Shown here: positions 54,001 through 60,941 of the stretch, in pieces
How the letters are laid out: each line of letters begins with the position of its first letter
Numbering within the stretch: the first letter of the stretch is position 1
DNA from: a virus
Taxonomy: Duplodnaviria; Heunggongvirae; Uroviricota; Caudoviricetes
Direction: 5' to 3' (one strand)
Virus record (IMG/VR): IMGVR_UViG_3300031419_000007
Length of the DNA: 64,000 bases
The notes under the pieces: generated by a model
Told to the model about the DNA's origin: nothing
Databases searched by the model: none
Seen by the model: only the letters and a program-made list of their open reading frames with translations
Program-made: the position numbers and the translations under genes

Positions 54001-55647
54001 TGGGACAAGTTCATGCGTGGCCTCCCGCTGCCGCAGCCGAAAACGACGTTCGCAACGAAGAAATTCTTCGATTATCTGCGTGGTTCTGGGATCAACGTGT
54101 CCGAGCGTAATGGTAATCTCGTCGCGTCGCCGATGACCGACCGTGAAGTACTGGCCAACTCGTCCGGTGAAATTCATAAGCCTGACATGATCCTGGCTCG
54201 TAACGTGTCTCCGGTGAAAGGTGGCCTGTTCGACATGGCTGTAACCGGTGGTCCAGAAGGCACCAACTGGTCGCATTACAAGTTGATGGAACCGATCGTC
54301 AACCCAGTGATGGAAATGCCCGTGCGTGACCTGACTGGTCTGAACCAGGAGCAGTTCAACAACGTCGTCAGCGGTAAGTTCGGTGTCATTCGTCGTGGCC
54401 ATGGCCAGTTCGACTTAGTCGACACGCACAAAGACGACGCCGTCATCAAGCGTATCAACGTCACCGGTCTGCTGAACAAAGCAGCGTCGGACGACGGTGA
54501 AGCGCTGGTGGGCGGACACGCTATCAAGGCGATGCTCGGCGACATCCACGTTCAGGACGAACTGACCCATCTCCGTCAAGCGGTAGCCGATGAGAAATCG
54601 ACGGCGAAGCGTGACAAGATGATCAAGAAGATGAAATTCCTGGCCGGTCTGGACAAGCAAGGGTTCAGCGACCCGTCGAAAGCGTACGTGCTGCACAACA
54701 TGCCGGTTATTCCTCCGGTGATGCGTCCGTACTCTATCTCGGGTAGCCGCCTGTCCTTCGCTGACGTGAACGAGCTGTACAAACACCACATGCTGGTGAA
54801 TGGCCGTATGAAACGTCTGGATGAAGAGATCGGTATGGACATGACCTCTCCGGACATGGAAGGGATGGTTGATCTGCGTCGTGACCTGTATGAAGGCGCC
54901 AAGGCTATCATGGCCGGTGGTGAGCCGATTGACTTCCAGGCGAAGCAGAAAGGTCTGAAAGGTCTGCTCCAGCAGATCAAAGGTGATGAAGGTCCGAAGA
55001 ACGGTTTCTTCCAGAGCAAATTACTGTCTAAAAAGCAGGACTTCTCTGGCCGTGGCACCATCTACGCGGCGCCGGACGTAGGCTTCAACGAAGCGAAGAT
55101 TCCAAAGGATCAGCTGTGGGAGATGTACAAAATGCACATCATCCGCGACCTGAGCCAGAAGGGTTACGATCTCGCCGAAGCGAAGAACGCGTACGAGTCT
55201 CGTAATGATGCGGCCATGAACTCGTTCAACCACATCGTCGACACCGTACCGGTCCTGCTGAACCGTGCACCGACCCTGATGCGTACCAACATCATGGCGA
55301 TGCGTCCGATTCCTTCCGAAGGGAAGACGATTGGTCTGAACATTCTGCACCTGCCAGGCTACGCAGCGGACTACGACGGCGACGCCCTGTCAATGTACGT
55401 GCCGATGACGCCGGAAGCTGTGAAGGAAGCTCGTGAGAAGTTAATGCCGAGCAACCACCTGCACGACGCCCGCCGCGGATTCGGTAACCCGATGTTCGCC
55501 CCAGGTCACGAAGCCATCCTCGGTTCCGTACACCTGACGCAGCCGGACATGGAGCAGAAGGTCCACGAGTTCAAGACTGAGGAGGAAGCTCTCACAGCCT
55601 TGAAGGAAGGGAAGATCAAATCGAACACCCCGATCAAGATCGGCTAA
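51070..55647 (+). CDS. Multisubunit RNA polymerase: beta fused to the N-half of beta' (includes the catalytic DxDGD)
   Basis: beta motifs RNVHPSNLGIIDPSRTPE, VPFLN, YKGFNHEDGI, GDKVTGLHGNKGVV, LNPASVTSRINLGQ, GPQYILKL; beta' motifs SSGEI..GGLFD, PVIPP.MRP, DVNELY, LLSKKQDFSGRG, LLNRAPTL, YAADYDGD (55369..55383). Confidence 0.95.
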   Translation: MPKSASDLIPIFSSPKSINDATDHAMLDGIVKQFPIETGKYTLSVVDPYVDKKEYTTADEKDAILKSRSLTYPIRGTLLLHDRATGKLVDRVQNFALADTFHVTNKHTLLYKGNNYSVANLMQLRPGVYTRRTNNGELETNINTGKGATFSLGLDSKTMLIYFSKINGKTLNIPIAPLLTKGFGLSASEITKFVPQDVWQANLKLTQGKEDTALNQLYKRLVDRREQSKSVSTEEMGVALKKRLGEMTLDKETTEVTLGKSFGGIEPETLLRAMHNIVQVYSKKRPEDNRDSLQFKRVQNLPDFIGRRFEENKTHQTVGKAFDRIKYNMSRLKEDAPSLREVIPSKPFNKIYTDFVIGSQLSSTPDETNPIESIENVGKVTLIAKGEGGMSSERQATSESRNVHPSNLGIIDPSRTPESSSAGLDQRFTISARRDKEGGMYARALDAKTGKMVYLSANELMTKVVGFPDGIKSGKPQVQAQVKGEFKSVPRSEVEYWIPSGTDMYTITTNLVPFLNANHPGRLTMAGKAIPQALSLVHREAPLVQTLADNGQTFVKQIGQIVSTVAPAAGTVVKAEPNSITIKTEEGKQHVVDFVKNLPFNMKGFHDDEAHGLQVGDQVKAGQVLSDNNYTKNGEFAIGKNLETAYMPYKGFNHEDGIVVSRSACAKLTSNHAYKVEYSMSKETVADLGKYKSAFAGKFTADQLNKLDNRGFAKPGVTLHYGDPVYAVLETRTLTETDMVLGRLHKTLVNPYRSAAEIWDHDEPGVVTDCSTDGSKIRIMLRSERQLEVGDKVTGLHGNKGVVSAILEDDEMPHAKTTGKPLDLILNPASVTSRINLGQVFEAAAGKIAQKDGQPYKTKVYDEGNVVKNMMDKLKEKGLSDTDTVYDPKTGHVYGDRVLTGPQYILKLNKTTDANYSARSVGGYDNNAQPTKGGDDGAKSVGYMEFLGLLGSNARANLKEIGTVKSEGGDHADTHDYWDKFMRGLPLPQPKTTFATKKFFDYLRGSGINVSERNGNLVASPMTDREVLANSSGEIHKPDMILARNVSPVKGGLFDMAVTGGPEGTNWSHYKLMEPIVNPVMEMPVRDLTGLNQEQFNNVVSGKFGVIRRGHGQFDLVDTHKDDAVIKRINVTGLLNKAASDDGEALVGGHAIKAMLGDIHVQDELTHLRQAVADEKSTAKRDKMIKKMKFLAGLDKQGFSDPSKAYVLHNMPVIPPVMRPYSISGSRLSFADVNELYKHHMLVNGRMKRLDEEIGMDMTSPDMEGMVDLRRDLYEGAKAIMAGGEPIDFQAKQKGLKGLLQQIKGDEGPKNGFFQSKLLSKKQDFSGRGTIYAAPDVGFNEAKIPKDQLWEMYKMHIIRDLSQKGYDLAEAKNAYESRNDAAMNSFNHIVDTVPVLLNRAPTLMRTNIMAMRPIPSEGKTIGLNILHLPGYAADYDGDALSMYVPMTPEAVKEAREKLMPSNHLHDARRGFGNPMFAPGHEAILGSVHLTQPDMEQKVHEFKTEEEALTALKEGKIKSNTPIKIG

Positions 55648-55680
55648 AAAGAAACCCCAGGGAGACCTGGGGTTTTTTCT
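55646..55680. terminator. Bidirectional terminator
   Basis: AAAAAG AAACCCCAGG-GAGA-CCTGGGGTTT TTTCT. Confidence 0.85.
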
Positions 55681-55681
55681 T

Positions 55682-56284
55682 TTAGAACCATTTAATGTTC
55701 TGTTCGTACATTTCGTTCACGCGATCTTGAATCTTATCGGCGTGCTTGTCGACGTACAGTGCGGTGAGATCCGTTCGAAGAAATTTGAAGTAACGATCCG
55801 CGAATTCTAGCGGGATGAAATACACCACCATCTCACGGTCGTTCTGCCACACTAAGCGGGGGCGGAATGGGATCATCACGGTATTCTTCAAGGATGGCTT
55901 CAAGCTGCACGCCACCCGTAAATCATAGTGAATCCCATGAGCTGCTTGCTCGAGCTGTACTGCACAGACCCAGACCCGACCGTTCTCTTTGTACGTCGAG
56001 AGGCGGAACCTGCGGTCAAACTCAACATCAACGACCTGTGGTATATTCATGTCCCCGACGTTAAACGTACGGTCCAGAACCACATGTTTAATGAGCTCGC
56101 GACGATAAAGCCCATCCCAATCGGTTTCCCGAAGGCTCGCCATCAAAGGGAGCAGTTCATCCAACGGTATGCCGCTGGGAGTTTGATACGTTTTGGCAAG
56201 TTCATCTACCAGTATGCCTTCCATGTTTACGTAGAATTGGTCTTCTACCTTAACTACATCAATTTCTTTGCCAAAGAAGTTCAT
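55682..56284 (-). CDS. Hypothetical protein with two Bro-N/antirepressor-like N-terminal repeats
   Basis: IDVVKVEDQFYVNMEGI and LSTYKENGRVWVCAVQL. Confidence 0.45.
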   Translation of the reverse strand: MNFFGKEIDVVKVEDQFYVNMEGILVDELAKTYQTPSGIPLDELLPLMASLRETDWDGLYRRELIKHVVLDRTFNVGDMNIPQVVDVEFDRRFRLSTYKENGRVWVCAVQLEQAAHGIHYDLRVACSLKPSLKNTVMIPFRPRLVWQNDREMVVYFIPLEFADRYFKFLRTDLTALYVDKHADKIQDRVNEMYEQNIKWF

Positions 56285-56601
56285 ACGATTTTCCTGTGAT
56301 CCTTAAGTATTTCTGTAATCAGTGCATCGGGTAAAGCGTGTTCCAATTTTTCGTTCAGGGTTTGCAGATCCTCCAAGCGGATGCAGGTGGTGTGGAACTC
56401 CCGCGTACCCCAGGATATGAGGACGGTCTTCGGGGATATTTTGGCAGACTTCAAAGCGGTCTTGACTATCTCGCCGCCGACGTTGGCCAAGTTGCGGATG
56501 GAGCTTACTGTGATGAAAGGACGTTTACGCTCACGGACCAGTTGTAAACCACGAAAGGACATGATGTTCTGTCCTATGGTACTGCTCTTCACATGTCTCA
56601 T
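56281..56601 (-). CDS. Bro-N/antirepressor-like protein
   Basis: LQLVRERKRPFITVSSIRNLANV. Confidence 0.45.
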   Translation of the reverse strand: MRHVKSSTIGQNIMSFRGLQLVRERKRPFITVSSIRNLANVGGEIVKTALKSAKISPKTVLISWGTREFHTTCIRLEDLQTLNEKLEHALPDALITEILKDHRKIV

Positions 56602-56625
56602 AATAGGAAAAGGCCCCAGCGGGCC

Positions 56626-56961
56626 TTAGTGTTTGAGTGGAGTGAACTCCGGAAGCGAAGACCAGAAGCGGAGCAAGACCTCTTCTAAGGCTTCGATGAA
56701 CAGGTCCCGTTGATCCGGGTAATCCAGTCCATTATCGGGCATGGCTCTCAGTGCTGCCATGACGTCCGGCACCAGGCTGTAATGGCCAAGGGTGAACGCT
56801 CTATCCGATTCCGAAGTGATGATGTTCGAGTACAGCGGAAGTGGTGCCACGTTTTCACGGACACGCAGAGTTTTCCAAAGCAGAACGACATCGACGTAGA
56901 CTTCCTTGTTGAACTTCACAGTACTCACGGGAAGGGTGTTAATGTACAGAATATAGACCAT
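56626..56961 (-). CDS. Bro-N/antirepressor-like protein
   Basis: VSTVKFNKEVYVDVVLLWKTL. Confidence 0.45.
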   Translation of the reverse strand: MVYILYINTLPVSTVKFNKEVYVDVVLLWKTLRVRENVAPLPLYSNIITSESDRAFTLGHYSLVPDVMAALRAMPDNGLDYPDQRDLFIEALEEVLLRFWSSLPEFTPLKH

Positions 56962-56983
56962 GGGCGGTACCTCCGCCCTGATT

Positions 56984-57133
56984 TTACTTGAGGATCGTTG
57001 GACCCTTTAAGTTATTGTCTTTGTAGTATTTACGGACACGACGGACACGTTGATGGTCTTTTCCGGCTACCCAGCAGAGGTATCCTGCCAGTGCAAGAAT
57101 GACCGCGATAAGGATTATGTCACCTGGTTCCAT
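56984..57133 (-). CDS. 49-aa single-TM peptide (not in the ORF track)
   Basis: MEPGDIILIAVILALAGYLCWVAGKDHQRVRRVRKYY...; RBS GGAG. Confidence 0.6.
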   Translation of the reverse strand: MEPGDIILIAVILALAGYLCWVAGKDHQRVRRVRKYYKDNNLKGPTILK

Positions 57134-57157
57134 AGTTACTCCAAAATGAATGTGTTT

Positions 57158-57184
57158 GTGTACACTTTCCTTATACCCTAAAAT
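57158..57184. promoter_or_regulatory. Back-to-back divergent promoter motifs: minus GGTATAAG-N4-GTGTACAC and plus TAAAAT
   Basis: gtgtacac tttc cttatacc c taaaat. Confidence 0.65.
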
Positions 57185-57208
57185 AAAAGCGGAATGGAGG
57201 AGATCACC

Positions 57209-57364
57209 ATGAACCCAAATACAGACTCTTTAGAGCAAGGTATCCGCGTCGGGGTAACCCTTGGATCACTCGTTGCTCTTCGTGCGGCCTTCAAGGGCTC
57301 ACGTCAAGCCGGCAAAGGTATCTACCGCCGGGCAGTAAAACTGAGAGGTAAGAATGGACGATAA
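57209..57364 (+). CDS. 51-aa basic peptide (not in the ORF track)
   Basis: MNPNTDSLEQGIRVGVTLGSLVALRAAFKGSRQAGKGIYRRAVKLRGKNGR; RBS GGAGG. Confidence 0.6.
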   Translation: MNPNTDSLEQGIRVGVTLGSLVALRAAFKGSRQAGKGIYRRAVKLRGKNGR

Positions 57365-58019
57365 AAGCCAAGTCATTGAAGCTTACCGTCAACCGGAAAC
57401 GAAGATTATCCTGAAGTCGATGACCGACCCGCGGCCGCACAAGATCGCTTCGGCGTACTTGAAAGCCAAGGTTCGGTTACTCTTAGGGCGATCGCATGAG
57501 AAGAAGGCACTCTGGACCCGACCGATTGACGACATGTCTTTCCTGGCCGTCGACGCTCTGCAAGGCGGAGGCGCCCTGGGAGGCTCTCAGTTGGGACGTC
57601 GTGTCGCAGCAATGGTAGCGCCCCGGTCTATGCAGATGCAGGCCGTGGGGATGATTGGGGGCGCTCTGGCAGGGTCTTCTCTGGCCGGTGCCGTCGGTAG
57701 GAAGATCATCGGCGGAGCGATCAATGCGGCGGACCAAGCCGGCGTGCTCCCGGAAGCGTTGACACACGTCAACATCATGAGTGAACGCCAGTCGAAGTAC
57801 TCGAACATTGGGTCGGCAGCGGGGATTGCCATGGCGGTGCCATTGTCTCTGCGTCTGCTCTTGAAGCCAGGAACTTCGCCGATTGCCGCGGTGGCCGGAA
57901 GCTTAGGATCTGCTTACCTGTTGTCCCGTGCTGGGAACGCGGCTGGGAACGTTGCGGGTTACTACGCGGACAAACGTTCCGATGTAATCGGTGACACGGC
58001 AAGCGATCCGGACGCTTGA
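57354..58019 (+). CDS. Gly/Ala-rich glycine-zipper protein (possible virion/ejection protein)
   Basis: GGALGG, MIGGALAGSSLAG, IGSAAG, AGSLGSA hydrophobic Gly-zipper segments. Confidence 0.6.
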   Translation: MDDKSQVIEAYRQPETKIILKSMTDPRPHKIASAYLKAKVRLLLGRSHEKKALWTRPIDDMSFLAVDALQGGGALGGSQLGRRVAAMVAPRSMQMQAVGMIGGALAGSSLAGAVGRKIIGGAINAADQAGVLPEALTHVNIMSERQSKYSNIGSAAGIAMAVPLSLRLLLKPGTSPIAAVAGSLGSAYLLSRAGNAAGNVAGYYADKRSDVIGDTASDPDA

Positions 58020-58260
58020 TACGCCGATACGGTATGTACGTGGAAAGTCACACCCCTCTATAGCTCTCTCTGGTGGGTATAGATACTCTCTATATATCTC
58101 TAAAAAAGCCTTAGTAAGTAGTTTATAGTATAGGGGAACAGTTACACTATAATAGGTGTCAAGAGTGACGTACCAAACGTATCAACGTACCAACTGCCCT
58201 TAAAGCCTTGTGCCACAAGGGTTTTCTCTGATACGTCGTTGGAACATTTGGCGTATCAGA
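58020..58260. repeat. Non-coding AT-rich element, copy 2 of the dispersed repeat
   Basis: Core 58085..58151 matches 21348..21414; flanking CGTA(T/C)C arrays; tctgatacg...cgtatcaga inverted repeat near the right end. Confidence 0.9.
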
Positions 58261-58264
58261 ATGT

Positions 58265-58288
58265 AAAAAGGGGAGGTGACTCCCCTTT
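58265..58288 (-). terminator. Terminator
   Basis: AAAGGGGAG-loop-CTCCCCTTTTT on the minus strand. Confidence 0.75.
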
Positions 58289-58294
58289 GTTTTA

Positions 58295-58657
58295 TCAAAA
58301 CGCCTTGGCCATCAGGTTAGGCAATGTGGTCATACAGGTTCTTTGACGGTCCAGTTTGGACATGTCTTTGAGCTTTACCTTGGATGCATAGAGCGACAGG
58401 TTGTCCAGAGCGATCCACAGCTCTTTCTTCCCGTCCGGAGTTTGGATAACTTTTGCGTGTGGTGTCACGTGCTTGTTGACTTGTAGTGCCGCCTTTGAAG
58501 TATTAACCACCAGCTCGGTGATTTGCTCTTCGTAGTCCAGTCCCAAGAATTCGCTCAGTGAACGAACAGAGACCCAAGTGGTACCCTCGGTGTGTAACAG
58601 ATCAATTGGTGAAGCTTGTACTTGAATAGTTTTGGTCAGCATAGTTTTTGCGAGCAT
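58295..58657 (-). CDS. P22 antirepressor N-terminal-domain-like protein
   Basis: EGTTWVSVRSLSEFLGLDYEEQ...KELWIALDNLSLY. Confidence 0.65.
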   Translation of the reverse strand: MLAKTMLTKTIQVQASPIDLLHTEGTTWVSVRSLSEFLGLDYEEQITELVVNTSKAALQVNKHVTPHAKVIQTPDGKKELWIALDNLSLYASKVKLKDMSKLDRQRTCMTTLPNLMAKAF

Positions 58658-58775
58658 GGTATGCTCCCTCTGTGAATGTATGAGAAGTTGGTTATTTCTT
58701 ACTACTTTGCTTATACCAGGATAGCCCTTCTATGAGGGCTCAATTAGCCAAACATCTCGCCTAATCTCCTCGGTA

Positions 58776-59051
58776 CTACGTCGTGCGTTTCCTTACACAC
58801 AAGTCCCACAGTTCCTGTGGTGCTTCAGACTTCCACTCCGTGAAGCCTTGCGTGCCCTCCTGGATCCAAGCCCAGTTAGGGACGTGCTCTTTAAAGAGGG
58901 TCTTCGAGTAGACCCGGATGCGGCCAAAGAGTAGAATATCTTTGACGAAATACTGCATGCGACGAAGCTCCTTATCGATGTATCCCTGCATCGGAAGTTC
59001 ATACTCCCGAGCAAAAGCGCGATGTCGTACCACGAACAGCTTACTGAACAT
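58776..59051 (-). CDS. Hypothetical protein
   Basis: 91-aa ORF with RBS GGAGGA. Confidence 0.6.
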   Translation of the reverse strand: MFSKLFVVRHRAFAREYELPMQGYIDKELRRMQYFVKDILLFGRIRVYSKTLFKEHVPNWAWIQEGTQGFTEWKSEAPQELWDLCVRKRTT

Positions 59052-59076
59052 AAATCCTCCTTAGTTCTGTATATTA

Positions 59077-59091
59077 CTTATACCCTAAAAT
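59077..59091. promoter_or_regulatory. Back-to-back divergent promoter motifs CTTATACC-C-TAAAAT
   Basis: At the strand switch between 58776..59051 (minus) and the beta'-C gene (plus). Confidence 0.6.
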
Positions 59092-59099
59092 AGGTTCAG

Positions 59100-60941
59100 T
59101 TGATCAACGAAAAAGGTGACATGATGACTCAAATTATCACTCCCGGGGCGCTTCTCGTTAAGAGCATGCTCCCTGAAGCTTCAAAGCAACACTTTGACCC
59201 ACACGTGGTGTTAAACAAGAACGGCGTTAAAGACCTGATTGCAAACGTGATCACTCACGGCGGTGATAAAGCAGCGGACACGATCTCGGACCTGTCTCAC
59301 CTGTTCTTCCACACTGCAACCGATCACGGTTACTCGACGCCGCTGTCCGACTATTACAACGATTCCGACGAACGTACGGCATTACTGAAAGAATACGAAA
59401 CGGCCGTCAACCACGTGAACGACAAGGAAGGCCTGTCAGAACGTGAGAAGCGTGAACAACTGTCCGAGCTCGGCAGCAAGTACGGCGACATCCTGACGAA
59501 CCAGAACCTGAAGTACCTGATGTCCCGCAAATCGACGGCGGCACTGATGGCACAGACCGGTGCCCGTGGTAACCCAAGTCAGCTGCAGCAGGGTACGTCT
59601 TCACCGATTCAGTCAAAGCGCATCGACGGTACGCCAATCCCACTGGCGATCACCCACTCGTTCGCAGAAGGCTTGACGCCAGCGGAGCACTTAGCCATGT
59701 CCTACTGGGGCCGTAGTAACACCGTTTCTGCCCAGCTCTCGACGTCGAAACCAGGTGACATGTTCAAATCGATCACGCCTAACCTGTATCACGAAGTGGT
59801 GACCGAGACTGACTGCCATACTCACAATGGTGTCGTTGAGCCGATCTCTCAGAAGAAGCGTGTGCTGTACCATTACGAAGCCGGCACCGACCGTCTGATC
59901 GATGAGCGTTACTTCAACGATCTGAAACACGACGGCGCCAAAAACGTGAAAGTCCGTAACACCATGACGTGCCAGGCCAAAGAAGGCGTGTGCCAGAAGT
60001 GCTACGGTCTGGATTCCCGCGGCAAACTCCCAGAAATCGGTGAGAACGTCGGTGTGATCGCGGCCCAATCGGCGTCAGAAGTTCTGACCCAGATGATCCT
60101 CGGTACCAAGCATGATGCGAAGTCCGGTAAGTCTGTTAACCCGTTCGACCAGACGTCTAACTTGCTGATCAACCAGGAGAAATTCCCGGATAAGGCAACG
60201 ATCTCTGAGACCAACGGTGAAGTGACGCACATTGAGACCACGTCTCTGGGTGATGCCAAAGTGCACGTGTCCGGTAAGGAATACTTCATCCCGAACTCAC
60301 AGGACGTGATCGTCGGCGAAGGTCACAAAGTGAAGATCGGTCAGCCACTGTCTACCGGTACCGTGAACCCACGTGAACTCGTGGCGCTCCGTGGCCTGGG
60401 TGAAGGACGTCGTTACATGTCCAACAAGCTGTCTGAGATTTATGGCGGCGGCATGGACCCACGTCACTTCGACCTGATCGCCAAGAACCTGATCAAGTAC
60501 GTTAAAGTGCGTGAAGCAGGAGAGACCGGATACATGCCAGGCCAGGTCGTTTCTGTGAACCACATCCAGGACGAACTGCAGAAGGACCAAGAGCTGCTCC
60601 CAATCGAGCGTGCTGCCGGTAAACAACTGGCACGCCCGGTCCTGGAATTAACCCCAGGCACCGTACTCGATGCGAACCACTTGCAGTATCTGAACAAGCA
60701 TGGCGTAACTGACGTTCACACGTCTCGTTCCGGCCTGGTTGTCGATCCGCTGGTTCCCGGGATCAAAACGGTCAAGCTGAACGACACCAACTGGATCTCC
60801 CGTCTGGCGTTCAAACAGATCGGTAAGACCCTGAGTGAAGCAGCTGCAACGGGCATGGAGTCCGCGGCCACCAGCACCGACCCGATCGCTCCGTACATCC
60901 TCGGTGGCGCATTCGGTGAAGGCAGCAACGGGAGATACTAA
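59100..60941 (+). CDS. RNA polymerase beta' C-terminal half; start probably 59121
   Basis: MAQTGARG, SFAEGLTP, DCHT, TCQAKEGVCQKCYG (Zn site), IGENVGVIAAQSASEVLTQMILGTKH (trigger loop), RHFDLI, NWISRLAF. Confidence 0.93.
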   Translation: MINEKGDMMTQIITPGALLVKSMLPEASKQHFDPHVVLNKNGVKDLIANVITHGGDKAADTISDLSHLFFHTATDHGYSTPLSDYYNDSDERTALLKEYETAVNHVNDKEGLSEREKREQLSELGSKYGDILTNQNLKYLMSRKSTAALMAQTGARGNPSQLQQGTSSPIQSKRIDGTPIPLAITHSFAEGLTPAEHLAMSYWGRSNTVSAQLSTSKPGDMFKSITPNLYHEVVTETDCHTHNGVVEPISQKKRVLYHYEAGTDRLIDERYFNDLKHDGAKNVKVRNTMTCQAKEGVCQKCYGLDSRGKLPEIGENVGVIAAQSASEVLTQMILGTKHDAKSGKSVNPFDQTSNLLINQEKFPDKATISETNGEVTHIETTSLGDAKVHVSGKEYFIPNSQDVIVGEGHKVKIGQPLSTGTVNPRELVALRGLGEGRRYMSNKLSEIYGGGMDPRHFDLIAKNLIKYVKVREAGETGYMPGQVVSVNHIQDELQKDQELLPIERAAGKQLARPVLELTPGTVLDANHLQYLNKHGVTDVHTSRSGLVVDPLVPGIKTVKLNDTNWISRLAFKQIGKTLSEAAATGMESAATSTDPIAPYILGGAFGEGSNGRY

